From positions 448,001 through 512,000 of the forward strand of contig OZ240245.1 of NCBI GenBank assembly GCA_965198175.1: 64,000 bases of DNA. The letters are read 5' to 3'. This stretch comes from Candidatus Poribacteria bacterium (GTDB lineage: Bacteria; Poribacteria; WGA-4E; PCPOR2b). The translations under genes were made by a program, and so were the position numbers. The notes below the pieces were generated by a model. It saw only the letters and a program-made list of their open reading frames with translations. It had not been told where the DNA came from and did not search any database. Below are positions 1-10,246 of the stretch, piece after piece (within the stretch, counting starts at the first letter, position 1; the number at the start of each line of letters is the position of its first letter).

Positions 1-663
1 CTCGATTTACACCCGCATGGCAAACCAGTTGAAATCCTCAAGGAGGATTGGTTTGTCGAGAACGTAATACTTAATCCGCAGGCAGTGGGTATCGTGCGGT
101 CGCTTTTGGGGAGCAACTTTGCGCTCGCCACCCGGATGGCAAATCATCGCGCTGAGTGCCCAGGACCAGCTCAGCATTGGCACCGGGATGGTGGATCAAT
201 ACACGGTCCCGAAATGGACAGTTTACAGGTGTTCTATTATCCGCAGAACACCCCGCTAGAGCTGGGGCCAACACAGGTGGTCCCCGGTTCCCACCTGCTT
301 TTCTCTTTGCAGAGCCATATGAGACATTATGGCAGTATTCGAGTTGCTCATCCCACAGTAGCCCCTGCAGGCTCAATTTTCATCACGATGTATTCCATTT
401 GGCACCGCCGCGGTCCGTCCACTGCGCACGGTACGCGCAATCTGCTGAAATATTGGTACCGTCGAACTGTGCCTCCCGAGCGCGACTGGATTATTGAACC
501 GGAGTTCAATCTGCAGCAGGCTTATCATTTCCCACCCGGCTTAACCTTCAATCGAGAAGGTCACAAGACCATTAATGACGCCGCCGAAATCTATTTTTGG
601 TTGTGCGGAAAGCACAACCAATATCGCGCGCGCACTAACAATCTGCCCGCCTATTTCTCTTGA
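1..663 (+). CDS. Phytanoyl-CoA dioxygenase (PhyH) family protein, 5' partial
   Basis: Frame is open from base 1 (LDLHPHG...EDWFVENVILNPQA). Has the HxD motif WHRDG, a GPT.V.PGSH motif and a distal WHRR His. Paralog of the next gene. Confidence 0.85.
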   Translation, partial: LDLHPHGKPVEILKEDWFVENVILNPQAVGIVRSLLGSNFALATRMANHRAECPGPAQHWHRDGGSIHGPEMDSLQVFYYPQNTPLELGPTQVVPGSHLLFSLQSHMRHYGSIRVAHPTVAPAGSIFITMYSIWHRRGPSTAHGTRNLLKYWYRRTVPPERDWIIEPEFNLQQAYHFPPGLTFNREGHKTINDAAEIYFWLCGKHNQYRARTNNLPAYFS

Positions 664-679
664 GAGGGGAGTGGTCGTA

Positions 680-1522
680 TTGGAAGCACATGATTGTGAG
701 CCGACATTGACCGACACACAAGTGGTCGAGTTCTGCAGGCACGGCTATCTGATGCTGGAAAGTGTCGTTCCAGAGGAAATTAACCAGCGCGTGTGTGAAT
801 GTGTGGTGGGCGGCTTTGAAGATGGGCGGCTACTTCAGGAGGACTGGTTTCTTGACAACGTTATTCTCAATCTGCAGGCGGGTGGCGCGGTGCGGTCACT
901 GCTCGGAAAGCATTTTTCCACTCCGGTTGGGTTGTACAATCATCGGGTTGAATGTCCTGCGCCATCTCAACATTGGCATCGGGATGGCGGATCGCGTCAC
1001 GAACCAGGACTAAATCATTTGCAGGTGTTCTATTATCCGAAGGATACTCCAGTGGAGCTTGGGCCAACAGAGGTACTACCTTGTTCCCATTTTTTGTTCT
1101 GCTTCCAGAGTTGGATGGGGCACTACGGCAACATAAAGGGGGCGGTTAAAACAGCCGCACCAGCGGGGTCAATTTTCCTCACGGCATATCCGATATGGCA
1201 TCGGCGGCCCGTGTCAACTGGGCATGGCGTTCGCGATATGTTGAAATACTGCTATTGGCGAACCGTACCACCCCAACGGGATTGGGTTATCGAACCCGAT
1301 TTCGATCCAGCCGCCGCAACGTACAGCCTGAAAGGCGCAGCTTCCCACCCGCCTCGGCAGCAGTTTGACGATTGGTATGATGCTGCACAGATGTTTTACT
1401 GGTTGTGTGGAAAGTCCAGCGAGTTGCACACAGTATTGGGCGGTGAAGGATGGCCAGCAGGATACCCTCCACCCCGTCCTGACGGCCAGATATATCCGCC
1501 CAAGGGATTCCACCGGTTTTAA
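680..1522 (+). CDS. Phytanoyl-CoA dioxygenase (PhyH) family protein
   Basis: LTDTQVVEFCRHGYL N-terminus, WHRDG and WHRR motifs. Probable start is TTG 680 (or GTG 671) after a GAGGGGAG RBS. Confidence 0.85.
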   Translation: MEAHDCEPTLTDTQVVEFCRHGYLMLESVVPEEINQRVCECVVGGFEDGRLLQEDWFLDNVILNLQAGGAVRSLLGKHFSTPVGLYNHRVECPAPSQHWHRDGGSRHEPGLNHLQVFYYPKDTPVELGPTEVLPCSHFLFCFQSWMGHYGNIKGAVKTAAPAGSIFLTAYPIWHRRPVSTGHGVRDMLKYCYWRTVPPQRDWVIEPDFDPAAATYSLKGAASHPPRQQFDDWYDAAQMFYWLCGKSSELHTVLGGEGWPAGYPPPRPDGQIYPPKGFHRF

Positions 1523-1625
1523 GTAATTTAATCTCCATCGCGGATTCTCTTCAACTGTAGATTCCCGAAATTGACGCCGAAAAGAGGAGAGCCACAACAC
1601 CGTGTTGTTGTTGAGGACAGCAAAC

Positions 1626-3578
1626 TCACTCTGCACCGTGGTTAACCATGTCAATACGAGCGACGGCGTGAGGAAGCAAGTTGAGTTCGAGTTTTCCCGC
1701 TACGGTTTGCAAGCGTTCGCCCGGTTCCTTGAGAAAGGCTTCGGGGAAAACCATCGCCTTTTGCGCGTTTGTCTCATTCAGTCCGCGTAGCTCGACGGTC
1801 TGTGCCATATTGCACACCGTGACCCGCTGTGCTTCAGGGGTCAAATTGGCGAGTAGAATTCGCGTCGCTCCATTCTTGTGGAGTGCGATGCCATCTAGTC
1901 TCAGAGTGTCGCTTGATGTCGTTGGTACAACCGTAGCCCCGGCAAACTCCCCCACATCTGCAAACACATGATAGATGGGAAAAACCCAACCGGGGCCGGA
2001 AAAAAATGTTTCTGGCAACGGTGAACCTTCCTCTGTCTCCATCACCCCACGCCATCCAGTGGTTTCGTAGTAGGTGGCGCTAAACACTCCGCTTTCGGAA
2101 AGATACTTGAGACTCCCCACAGTCCAACCTGCGCCAAACAGCGACATCTGCCGCACATCCACCGGTGCAGGCAATTCATCGGGTGGAAGTTCAGGTTCAG
2201 GCCCGATAGCAGCCGGGTTAAACCGAGCTTTTAGCGTGATCGGCGTGATGGCGATGGGTAATCCGCCCATAAATTGTCGGGCGCTTTCAACCGTCGAGGC
2301 TTGTGCTTCTAGTGTTTCCACCATTGAGGTGTTGTCAAAGGCGTGAGCTTGTGGATTCATCGAATAACACACTAAATCGAGCGCGGACACGGACGGACGA
2401 TTGCGGTTTAATTCGGTGAAAAACGCATCTGTACCCGCCCCAATCTTTGCATCCGGGGCGTAACGTTTTAGAGATTTTCTAGCGAGTTTCACCCACTTTT
2501 CCGATGTGGATTCTTCTGCGATATGGAAGATTAGCCATGTACAGATGGCCGGTTTTACTTCCTCAAGCACTGCACCCAAGAGACTGAGTTCACCCGCGGC
2601 TGCGTCAGAGTGAGTAAGGGCAATTTCCAGCGGTACGCCGAGCGCCTTCGCCTCATTATCAGCCCGTTGTAGTGTCGATTCGTAATTGGGTAGGGTTAGA
2701 TTGACATCCACGCGCAGATGCGAAAGGTTGAGCCTTTTGAGGTGCTCCAACTCCTTCAGAGTTAGCGGCTGACCGTGATGGGAAACACCTAGCCCGATGC
2801 GTGGGAGCCGGGCAGCGGAAGGTCTGCTGATAGAGAAGGTAAGCCCTGTATTTTGATAGCGTACCGTGCTGCGACTGTTTCTTAAAGTTAGGGTGACTGA
2901 TTGAGAGATTTTCGTCCCTGCACTGATTTCCACGGGATATGGAATGCGCAGTGGTGTGCAATATGTTTTGTAAGAAGCATCTGTCCAATTCCGTTGATCT
3001 TCCATCTCGAAGGCGTCGCCATCAAACCGAACATCTGCGTGGACATTGGGGGCAACTTCGTGCGAGATTGATCGCACGTCCATGAACGGTTGATGCGGCG
3101 AGATATATTTGGGAAACTCCCCTTGTTCAACCGTACCGTCTACCTTCTCAACGCGGCACGGCAAACCCGCACACTCCCTCATCGGGTGCAGCACGCAGCA
3201 CCCCACTCGGTTCCGCAGGAAAGTCGAGCGTGACTGACCATCCATGATGAAGGTGATTGTTCCCTGTACGTCGCCGATGATAACACCTTTCCAGAAGAAG
3301 TCAATCTCGCCTCGTCTGTTTTCCATGTCGTAAGTGATGCGGAACGAGTCGTTGGTATGCTCGATCTGAAGGTTCGAGAGAGCCGATGGCAAGGTGTTCC
3401 AGTTGTGATCTCGAATGGCTACGTACACCCGGCGGAGGATTTCTCGATTGCCCAGCCGAATATAGCGCAAATCGCCGGCTTCAAAGATTAGCGATAATGG
3501 CCCAGCGCGAAGTTGCTTCCGCTCGGGCAGGGGTACATCTTTTCCGTAATACAGCGTTCTAAGTGGCAGTTGGTTCAT
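1626..3578 (-). CDS. D-apionate lactonase (ApnL)-like protein
   Basis: LRAGPLS...GDLRYI...VRDxNW and FEMEDQRNWTDASYKTY motifs. The ATG at 3578 overlaps the upstream stop codon (ATGA). Confidence 0.7.
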   Translation of the reverse strand: MNQLPLRTLYYGKDVPLPERKQLRAGPLSLIFEAGDLRYIRLGNREILRRVYVAIRDHNWNTLPSALSNLQIEHTNDSFRITYDMENRRGEIDFFWKGVIIGDVQGTITFIMDGQSRSTFLRNRVGCCVLHPMRECAGLPCRVEKVDGTVEQGEFPKYISPHQPFMDVRSISHEVAPNVHADVRFDGDAFEMEDQRNWTDASYKTYCTPLRIPYPVEISAGTKISQSVTLTLRNSRSTVRYQNTGLTFSISRPSAARLPRIGLGVSHHGQPLTLKELEHLKRLNLSHLRVDVNLTLPNYESTLQRADNEAKALGVPLEIALTHSDAAAGELSLLGAVLEEVKPAICTWLIFHIAEESTSEKWVKLARKSLKRYAPDAKIGAGTDAFFTELNRNRPSVSALDLVCYSMNPQAHAFDNTSMVETLEAQASTVESARQFMGGLPIAITPITLKARFNPAAIGPEPELPPDELPAPVDVRQMSLFGAGWTVGSLKYLSESGVFSATYYETTGWRGVMETEEGSPLPETFFSGPGWVFPIYHVFADVGEFAGATVVPTTSSDTLRLDGIALHKNGATRILLANLTPEAQRVTVCNMAQTVELRGLNETNAQKAMVFPEAFLKEPGERLQTVAGKLELNLLPHAVARIDMVNHGAE

Positions 3579-4627
3579 TTTGCCTCTGTCGTTCGTGCTG
3601 TGTAGCAACGCAACTTCTCTTGCAGGCTAGGGTGGTCAAGGACTTCACGGTTCACTACGCTGCGTGGAATCTGTCCAGTTGCGACATCCAGAATACTTTG
3701 ACATGCATCGCGCCCCATGCCCTGGAAACATTCGTCTGTCCAGCAGATGGAGTGAGGCGTGACAATGACGTTGTCCAGCGTCAGGATGGGATGATTTTTA
3801 TCTATCGGCTCCTCTTCGAACACATCTAGCCCAGCTCCGCAGATGCGCCTTTCTCGCAGCGCGTGGATGAGTGCGCTCTGGTCTACGATGGGTCCGCGGG
3901 CAGTGTTGATTAGGTAAGCGGTTTCCTTCATCAGCGCAAACCGTTCTGCGTTAATGAGGTGATGAGTCTCCGGAGTTAGAGCGCAGCAGATACAGACGTA
4001 GTCAGCCGTTTGGAGCAAGGTTTCTAGATTCATCAGTTCCGCACCCGTCCCAGCTACTTCTGCTTGGCGCACGTAGGGATCGTATGCCAAGTGGCGCATC
4101 CCAAACGGCTGAGCAAGGGCGAATACCTCTCGTCCGATATTGCCCAAGCCGACCAAGCCAAGTGCACGTCCGGTGAGGCCCATTCCCATAGCATCAATCC
4201 GGTCTACCCAGCGCCCGGAGCGAGTCAGATGGTCTTTGATAAGCAACTTGTGGCTGAGTGCCAGAACAAAAGCCATGATAGACGATGCCACAGGACGACG
4301 TACACCATCAGGCGTGATAGTCAACAACACCCCATTCCTCGTACAGGCTGCCACATCCACTGTGTCGTAACCCACCCCAAATCGCGCTAGAATTGCCAAG
4401 CGATCGCACCCATGCAATGTGTCAGCGGTCACCCGCCGCCCCAGCAATAGCAACCCGTCATAATCCTGCACATGGTCTGCGCGCAAGGTCAGTGCGTCAT
4501 CCGCCAAGAGTTCGTATTCCACACCCGACGCGTTATCCAGCAGGTTCAAGCCCATGTTGTCAAAGCAGAACGTACCATCTGGTCTGACGAAGTCGCGGGT
4601 GATTCCGACGCGAAATGTCTGGCGCAT
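3575..4627 (-). CDS. D-isomer-specific 2-hydroxyacid dehydrogenase (SerA-like)
   Basis: RFGVGYD, Rossmann GLVGLGNIG, LINTARG, LDVFEEEP and TPH motifs. Probable start is MRQTF. Confidence 0.9.
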   Translation of the reverse strand: MRQTFRVGITRDFVRPDGTFCFDNMGLNLLDNASGVEYELLADDALTLRADHVQDYDGLLLLGRRVTADTLHGCDRLAILARFGVGYDTVDVAACTRNGVLLTITPDGVRRPVASSIMAFVLALSHKLLIKDHLTRSGRWVDRIDAMGMGLTGRALGLVGLGNIGREVFALAQPFGMRHLAYDPYVRQAEVAGTGAELMNLETLLQTADYVCICCALTPETHHLINAERFALMKETAYLINTARGPIVDQSALIHALRERRICGAGLDVFEEEPIDKNHPILTLDNVIVTPHSICWTDECFQGMGRDACQSILDVATGQIPRSVVNREVLDHPSLQEKLRCYTARTTEAK

Positions 4628-4927
4628 TGGTTTTTCTCTCCTTAGCACAGAAAGGTTTCCCATTATTCAACCTAAAACAACAAGTATAGCAGAGATTTGA
4701 TTGGTGGTCAATCGGATAATATTGTTGAAATCTCATGGCAGAATCATTTAACTCGCTGAAATGTTTGGCAGTTGCTTGATGAAAAATTCAGCATAAATAT
4801 CCCACGAACACTGGCGGGAAGTGCCGAAATTCGTGAATGCTTCGACAGGACTACCCATGCGAAATGCCTTGTAAGTAGCACAACTAGAACCCAGTCAAAC
4901 TTGCGGAGTTTGTCGGCTATTTCATCG

Positions 4928-4942
4928 TGGCATATTTATTGC
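4928..4942 (+). promoter_or_regulatory. Sigma54 -24/-12 promoter of amtB-glnK
   Basis: TGGCA-tattta-TTGC with exact GG-N10-GC spacing, upstream of nitrogen-regulated genes. Confidence 0.75.
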
Positions 4943-5186
4943 TCTGTTGCCCATCGCGGTAAAGTCGGTAAATCTGGCAGGAGTGGGGATGGTGTCAAAT
5001 CTCAGCTTGCCCTTTGGGTTCAGGCGCTAGGAATTTTCTTACGTTAGCAACCTCCCGATTCAGGGGTGACCATCAGGTTACCTCATATTCATACGTTTAT
5101 CGCCGCTGTCCAAGCGAAGCATTGAGAACAGCGTTCGTACAAAAAAACATTAAATCCACATCAGATTGAAAGGGGAATCTCCAACA

Positions 5187-6554
5187 ATGAGAAAGTTACT
5201 GATGAACGGTTCCCGGATATGGGTTACCGTTCTGATTTTCACACTCCTTCTAAGTGTAAACGCTTTTGCGTTGAATGGTAAGGTAGAGGGTGAAGAGATT
5301 GACACTTCAAAGTATATTGCTGACACCCTCTGGGTATTGGTTGCTGCATTTCTAGTTTTCTTTATGCAGGCGGGTTTTGCGATGGTCGAAGCGGGATTCA
5401 CCCGTGCAAAGAATGCAGTCAACATCTTGATGAAAAATTTGATTGATTTCTCAATGGGGTCTATTGCATACTGGGCAGTCGGATTCGCGATTATGTTCGG
5501 CACTGGAGGATGGTTCATGGGGTATAGCGGATGGTTTGTCCCAACAGAAACCGGTGCTTTCAGTTCTCTAGAATGGTCTTCTGTTCCGACCCACGCTGCA
5601 TGGCTCTTCCAACTGGTTTTCGCCGCAACCGCAGCAACAATCGTTTCCGGCGCGATGGCGGAGCGCACAAGATTCAAGAGCTATTTGGTTTATAGCGTTT
5701 TCATCACCGGTTTTATCTATCCCATCGTCGGGCATTGGATCTGGGGTGGTGGTTGGCTGGCAAATCTGGGCATGTTAGATTTTGCCGGCTCGACGGTTGT
5801 CCATTCAACAGGTGGGTGGCTTGCCTTAATGGGAGCCATTGTGTTGGGAGCTCGCACCGGCAAATACGATGGAAATGGTAGACCGCGTGTAATTGCCGGG
5901 CACAACCTGCCGTTGGCGGCGCTCGGTGTGTTTATTCTGTGGCTTGGTTGGTTCGGCTTTAATCCTGGGAGCCAAATGGCGGCAGACGCGAGTGCCATCG
6001 CCTTAATCGCAGTTACGACAAACATCGCGGCAGCAGCAGGCGCGATTGCTAGTATGTTCACCGCTTGGGTAAGGCTTGGAAAACCCGATGCCGGTATGGC
6101 GCTCAACGGTGCCTTGGCTGGACTCGTTGCGATTACTGCCCCATGCGCGTTTGTAGAACCGTGGGCGGCACTAGTAATCGGTGCAATCGCAGGGGTTGTT
6201 GTCGTATTCTCAGTCCTACTGTTTGAAAAGTTAAAAGTCGATGATCCCGTTGGCGCAATCTCCGTTCACGGTACTTGCGGCGCATTGGGAACGATATTAC
6301 TTGGCGTGTTCCACAACGAGCAAGGAATTCTCTACGCGGCGGATAAGAGCGAAGCCTTCAAATTCCTCGGCGTCCAATTCCTCGGTGTTTTCGCTGTTCT
6401 TGTGTGGTGTGTGGTTACAGGGTATATCTTGTTTTCCGCAATCAAAGCGGTCGTTGGTTTGCGCGTCAGCCAAGAAGAAGAGATGGAAGGTCTGGATTTA
6501 GGTGAACACGGTGCAAGTGCCTATCCGGATTTTTCGGTATCGTCCATACATTAA
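5187..6554 (+). CDS. amtB: Ammonium transporter
   Basis: FFMQAGF, DFAGSTVVH, WFGFNPGS and DDPVGAISVHG motifs; multi-pass membrane protein. Confidence 0.97.
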   Translation: MRKLLMNGSRIWVTVLIFTLLLSVNAFALNGKVEGEEIDTSKYIADTLWVLVAAFLVFFMQAGFAMVEAGFTRAKNAVNILMKNLIDFSMGSIAYWAVGFAIMFGTGGWFMGYSGWFVPTETGAFSSLEWSSVPTHAAWLFQLVFAATAATIVSGAMAERTRFKSYLVYSVFITGFIYPIVGHWIWGGGWLANLGMLDFAGSTVVHSTGGWLALMGAIVLGARTGKYDGNGRPRVIAGHNLPLAALGVFILWLGWFGFNPGSQMAADASAIALIAVTTNIAAAAGAIASMFTAWVRLGKPDAGMALNGALAGLVAITAPCAFVEPWAALVIGAIAGVVVVFSVLLFEKLKVDDPVGAISVHGTCGALGTILLGVFHNEQGILYAADKSEAFKFLGVQFLGVFAVLVWCVVTGYILFSAIKAVVGLRVSQEEEMEGLDLGEHGASAYPDFSVSSIH

Positions 6555-6632
6555 CCGTGAGATAGTTCGTATAGTGGGATTAGGACTAGGGCTTGTCATC
6601 AAACCTGAAGCCCTAATCTCCTTAATACTTGA

Positions 6633-7007
<375 letters not shown>

Positions 7008-7097
7008 CCTAAGTTTGATAAATGTTTAGATTCCGTCGGTCAAAAACCGCGTCGTAGCGTTATTACCAATTCAAGTTTCGACACAGACAAGCAAGAG

Positions 7098-7141
7098 CGT
7101 CCATCTGCAGGAGTGTTATTCTCGCAGATGGACGTTTTTTT
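7098..7141 (+). terminator. Rho-independent terminator of amtB-glnK
   Basis: Stem CGTCCATCTGC/GCAGATGGACG followed by a T-run. Confidence 0.7.
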
Positions 7142-7265
7142 GCAGTCGAATGTGTGATCTATAGCGGGCCGCTGGAGACCGCTATCAGGGAGCGATGTAT
7201 CGGAGCCACCAAATTGAGAGGATTCAACAGCTACCACATTTCAAGGATGCGGCTGTTTAATGGTG

Positions 7266-10181
7266 TTAATTGACGAAGATGTCCCCCAGCCTGATTTCAA
7301 CCACTTTACCGACTTTTGTTAACTTCTCCATATCTGTCTTGTTCTGATCTCCGACAATAGATATGAGCTTGTGACGGTTTCGCAGGTGTTCTTCATGGAA
7401 TTGGAGCATCAGGTCGATCTTGGATGCTTGAATCTGTTCAAATCGCCATTTTCGCGGATCGATTGGGACCTCTAAGCGTTCCCATGAACGCAACGCTCCA
7501 ATAACGTCTCGGAAGCCGAGTTTGGCGGTACGATAGCGATTCATTATGGAATGACGCGCCTCATCGAAACGTTCGGGCGATTCAGGAAGGTTGTCAATGA
7601 GGTCAATGAAGGCTTCCACAGCCAGAGGCGTTTTATCCGCTTGGCAAGCAATATATCCCCACATCGTATTTTGCTCACCTTTGCGACGCCCCGTAGCGTA
7701 TCTTGCATGTGTTGCATAAGCGAGCGCGCGAGCCTCACGCAATTCCTGGAAGACAATGCCCGCCATCCCACCGGCAAAGTAGGTGTTGTAGAGTTGGAGA
7801 GCCGGATTGTCAGCCTCATTATAGTCTTCATCACCGAATTCGATATCTACCTGCGACTGCGCCATCTCTTTGTGAAAGAAGAAGATTTCAGTCTCTTCCG
7901 GAAGACGGACTTTGAGAAAATGGTAGGGCGGGGGCGTTTGCAAAGTACCTGAGATGGAGTGGTGCTTTTTTAGGACATCCAGCACTTCGTCCAGCGATAA
8001 TGAACCCGCGTAACTGATGGTGTGTTTGTAGTTCAAGAGTTCTTTAATCTCTTTGTGGAGTTCATTCACCGTCAGCCGCCGGACAGCTTCACTGGGTAGC
8101 AAACGCAAATAGCGAGAATCTTTGCCATATCGATTGTAATGCAGAAGGGCGCGGCGTATGGCACGGTAATTTTTCTTGGCATCTTCTCGATTAACCAGAA
8201 TAATTCTGATGAGTTCCTCCAGGGTCGTTGCATCAGCGGTTGGGTGCTTCAGAAGGTCTAGTAGCAATACGAGAGATGCACTGAAATTTTCGTCCAGACC
8301 TGAAATGGTGATTGCGGTTTCGTTGTCTTCAACGTCAATGCTGATAACAGTTCCCAGTTTGTACCACTCCTTTTTTAGGTCTTCGGCACTGTATTCTGAA
8401 GCGCCGGATTTATCGAGCAGTTGAGCGGCGATGTCCAACTTACTATTGTGGCGGCTACCGAGATCGACGGAAATCGTGAATGAAAACAGGTCGTTGATTG
8501 GATTCTGAGCGTAGTAGAGTCTGACGTCGTTGTGATAGTTGGCGATCTGATAGTCTTTATCCGAGACAAAGACTGGCTCAATTTCTTTCACTGGCATCGC
8601 CAAGATTTTTTTGGCAAAGGTGGACTGTCTTGCAGGATCTATCTCGATGGTGTCAATTTGCGGTTTTTCGATGGATGGAACTTCGTGCTGTTCGTCCACA
8701 CGATAACCCGCTACATAGTTGTCGCCGAAATATCGGTTGGCTACCGTGACGAGGTCCTGTTTGGTGAGCTCTTCCATACGTGCGATTTCACCGACGGTGT
8801 CGTCCCAATCCTGATAAGCCAGAAAAGCATCACGCATCATCGTGACCCTAGCGTGATTTGACTCCAATTGCGCCTTCTGGGATTTTTTAAAGTCGGTCAC
8901 AATTGCTGGCACCAACCACGCTTCGAACTCACCTTTTTTAATCAATTCAATCTGATCCAAAAGCAACTGTTCAACCGCTTCGAGAGACTGTTCCTCTTTC
9001 GGGATTCCCCACAGGTATTGCGCGCCATCGTCGTTATCCATGCTAGGATACGAGCCAGCCTGCCGCACCTTCTGCGCCTGATTTAGGTTCAGGTTAATCA
9101 ATCCGGCGGTCGCATTATCCAAAATCATATCAATTAGTTTCAGGGCTTCCGCCTCCTTGTGGTTGCGGCCAGCCGTTCGGAATGCGAGCAGGACATACTC
9201 TTCACCCTGGTAATTGACGGTTACACGTTCTGCACCCTTCGGCGGTTCTTCTTTCCACACGTTCGCTTGGGGCAGCTCTCTTGACTGCCACCGGGAGAAA
9301 TGCTCGTCAATCATTCGGATGGTTGCTTCGGCATCAATGTCGCCGGAGATGTGAATTGCCATGTTATTGGGCACATAGTAGGTATGGTAGAATTCGTACA
9401 TCTTTTTTAGAGATGGATTCTTCAGGTGTTCGACCGAACCAAGAGTTGTCTGTTGTCCGTAGGGGTGATTTTTGTAGAGCAACTTCTTGACTGCTTCACT
9501 AATGATACGGCGTTTGCTGTCCAAAGACCGGTTCTTTTCCTCATAGACAGTTTCCAACTCAGTCTGAAAGAGGCGGAAGACGGGCTCAACGAAACGATCG
9601 GATTCAATCATCATCCACTGATGCAGCCGGTTCGCAGGCAGATCCACCGTGTAAACGGTTTCTTCTACCCATGTATGTGCATTGACGTGTCGTCCGCCCA
9701 TCGCTTTGTAGAGCTTGTCGAGTTCGTTGGGGATGCCGTATTGCGCAGCGAGTTGAGATGCCTGATTAATTTCAGCGTAAATTTCCACGCGCTTCTCTGG
9801 ATTGGTTTCATGGAAATGCGCTTCGTAGAAATCGGTAATTCTGTCTAGATGCGGTTTCTCTTTTTCGTAGTCAACGGTGCCAAAATTCCGGGTTCCCTTA
9901 AAGAGCATGTGCTCCAGATAGTGCGCGATACCGGTTGCTTCAGCCGGATCATGCTTGCTGCCCGCCCGCACAGAAATCTCTGCGTAGAAGCGAGGCTCTT
10001 CACGGTTTTCTGTGAGATAAACCGTCAAGCCGTTGTCCAATTGATAAATCTGGACCGACATCAGATCTGCAGGGTTCGGTTCATTGATGCGTCTATAGCC
10101 AGCCCAGCTAGTGGATACAGTTAAGCTGAGAATCAAAGCTGAAACAAATATCTTGTACAAAACCTCTTTTTCCCGATACAT
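7266..10181 (-). CDS. M16 family zinc peptidase (insulinase/PqqL-like), secreted
   Basis: Inverted zinc motif HYLEH, N-terminal signal peptide, four-domain length. Confidence 0.9.
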   Translation of the reverse strand: MYREKEVLYKIFVSALILSLTVSTSWAGYRRINEPNPADLMSVQIYQLDNGLTVYLTENREEPRFYAEISVRAGSKHDPAEATGIAHYLEHMLFKGTRNFGTVDYEKEKPHLDRITDFYEAHFHETNPEKRVEIYAEINQASQLAAQYGIPNELDKLYKAMGGRHVNAHTWVEETVYTVDLPANRLHQWMMIESDRFVEPVFRLFQTELETVYEEKNRSLDSKRRIISEAVKKLLYKNHPYGQQTTLGSVEHLKNPSLKKMYEFYHTYYVPNNMAIHISGDIDAEATIRMIDEHFSRWQSRELPQANVWKEEPPKGAERVTVNYQGEEYVLLAFRTAGRNHKEAEALKLIDMILDNATAGLINLNLNQAQKVRQAGSYPSMDNDDGAQYLWGIPKEEQSLEAVEQLLLDQIELIKKGEFEAWLVPAIVTDFKKSQKAQLESNHARVTMMRDAFLAYQDWDDTVGEIARMEELTKQDLVTVANRYFGDNYVAGYRVDEQHEVPSIEKPQIDTIEIDPARQSTFAKKILAMPVKEIEPVFVSDKDYQIANYHNDVRLYYAQNPINDLFSFTISVDLGSRHNSKLDIAAQLLDKSGASEYSAEDLKKEWYKLGTVISIDVEDNETAITISGLDENFSASLVLLLDLLKHPTADATTLEELIRIILVNREDAKKNYRAIRRALLHYNRYGKDSRYLRLLPSEAVRRLTVNELHKEIKELLNYKHTISYAGSLSLDEVLDVLKKHHSISGTLQTPPPYHFLKVRLPEETEIFFFHKEMAQSQVDIEFGDEDYNEADNPALQLYNTYFAGGMAGIVFQELREARALAYATHARYATGRRKGEQNTMWGYIACQADKTPLAVEAFIDLIDNLPESPERFDEARHSIMNRYRTAKLGFRDVIGALRSWERLEVPIDPRKWRFEQIQASKIDLMLQFHEEHLRNRHKLISIVGDQNKTDMEKLTKVGKVVEIRLGDIFVN

Positions 10182-10246
10182 GTCTTGGGTTCCCTTCTTG
10201 AGAATGTTTTGAAAATCTACAAATTGCAATTAAATCTCCAATCTTC

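Noticed and set aside
7081..7141. Possible ANTAR-type antitermination site after glnK
   Set aside because: No twin hexaloop motif and no downstream co-oriented gene; treated as a plain terminator.
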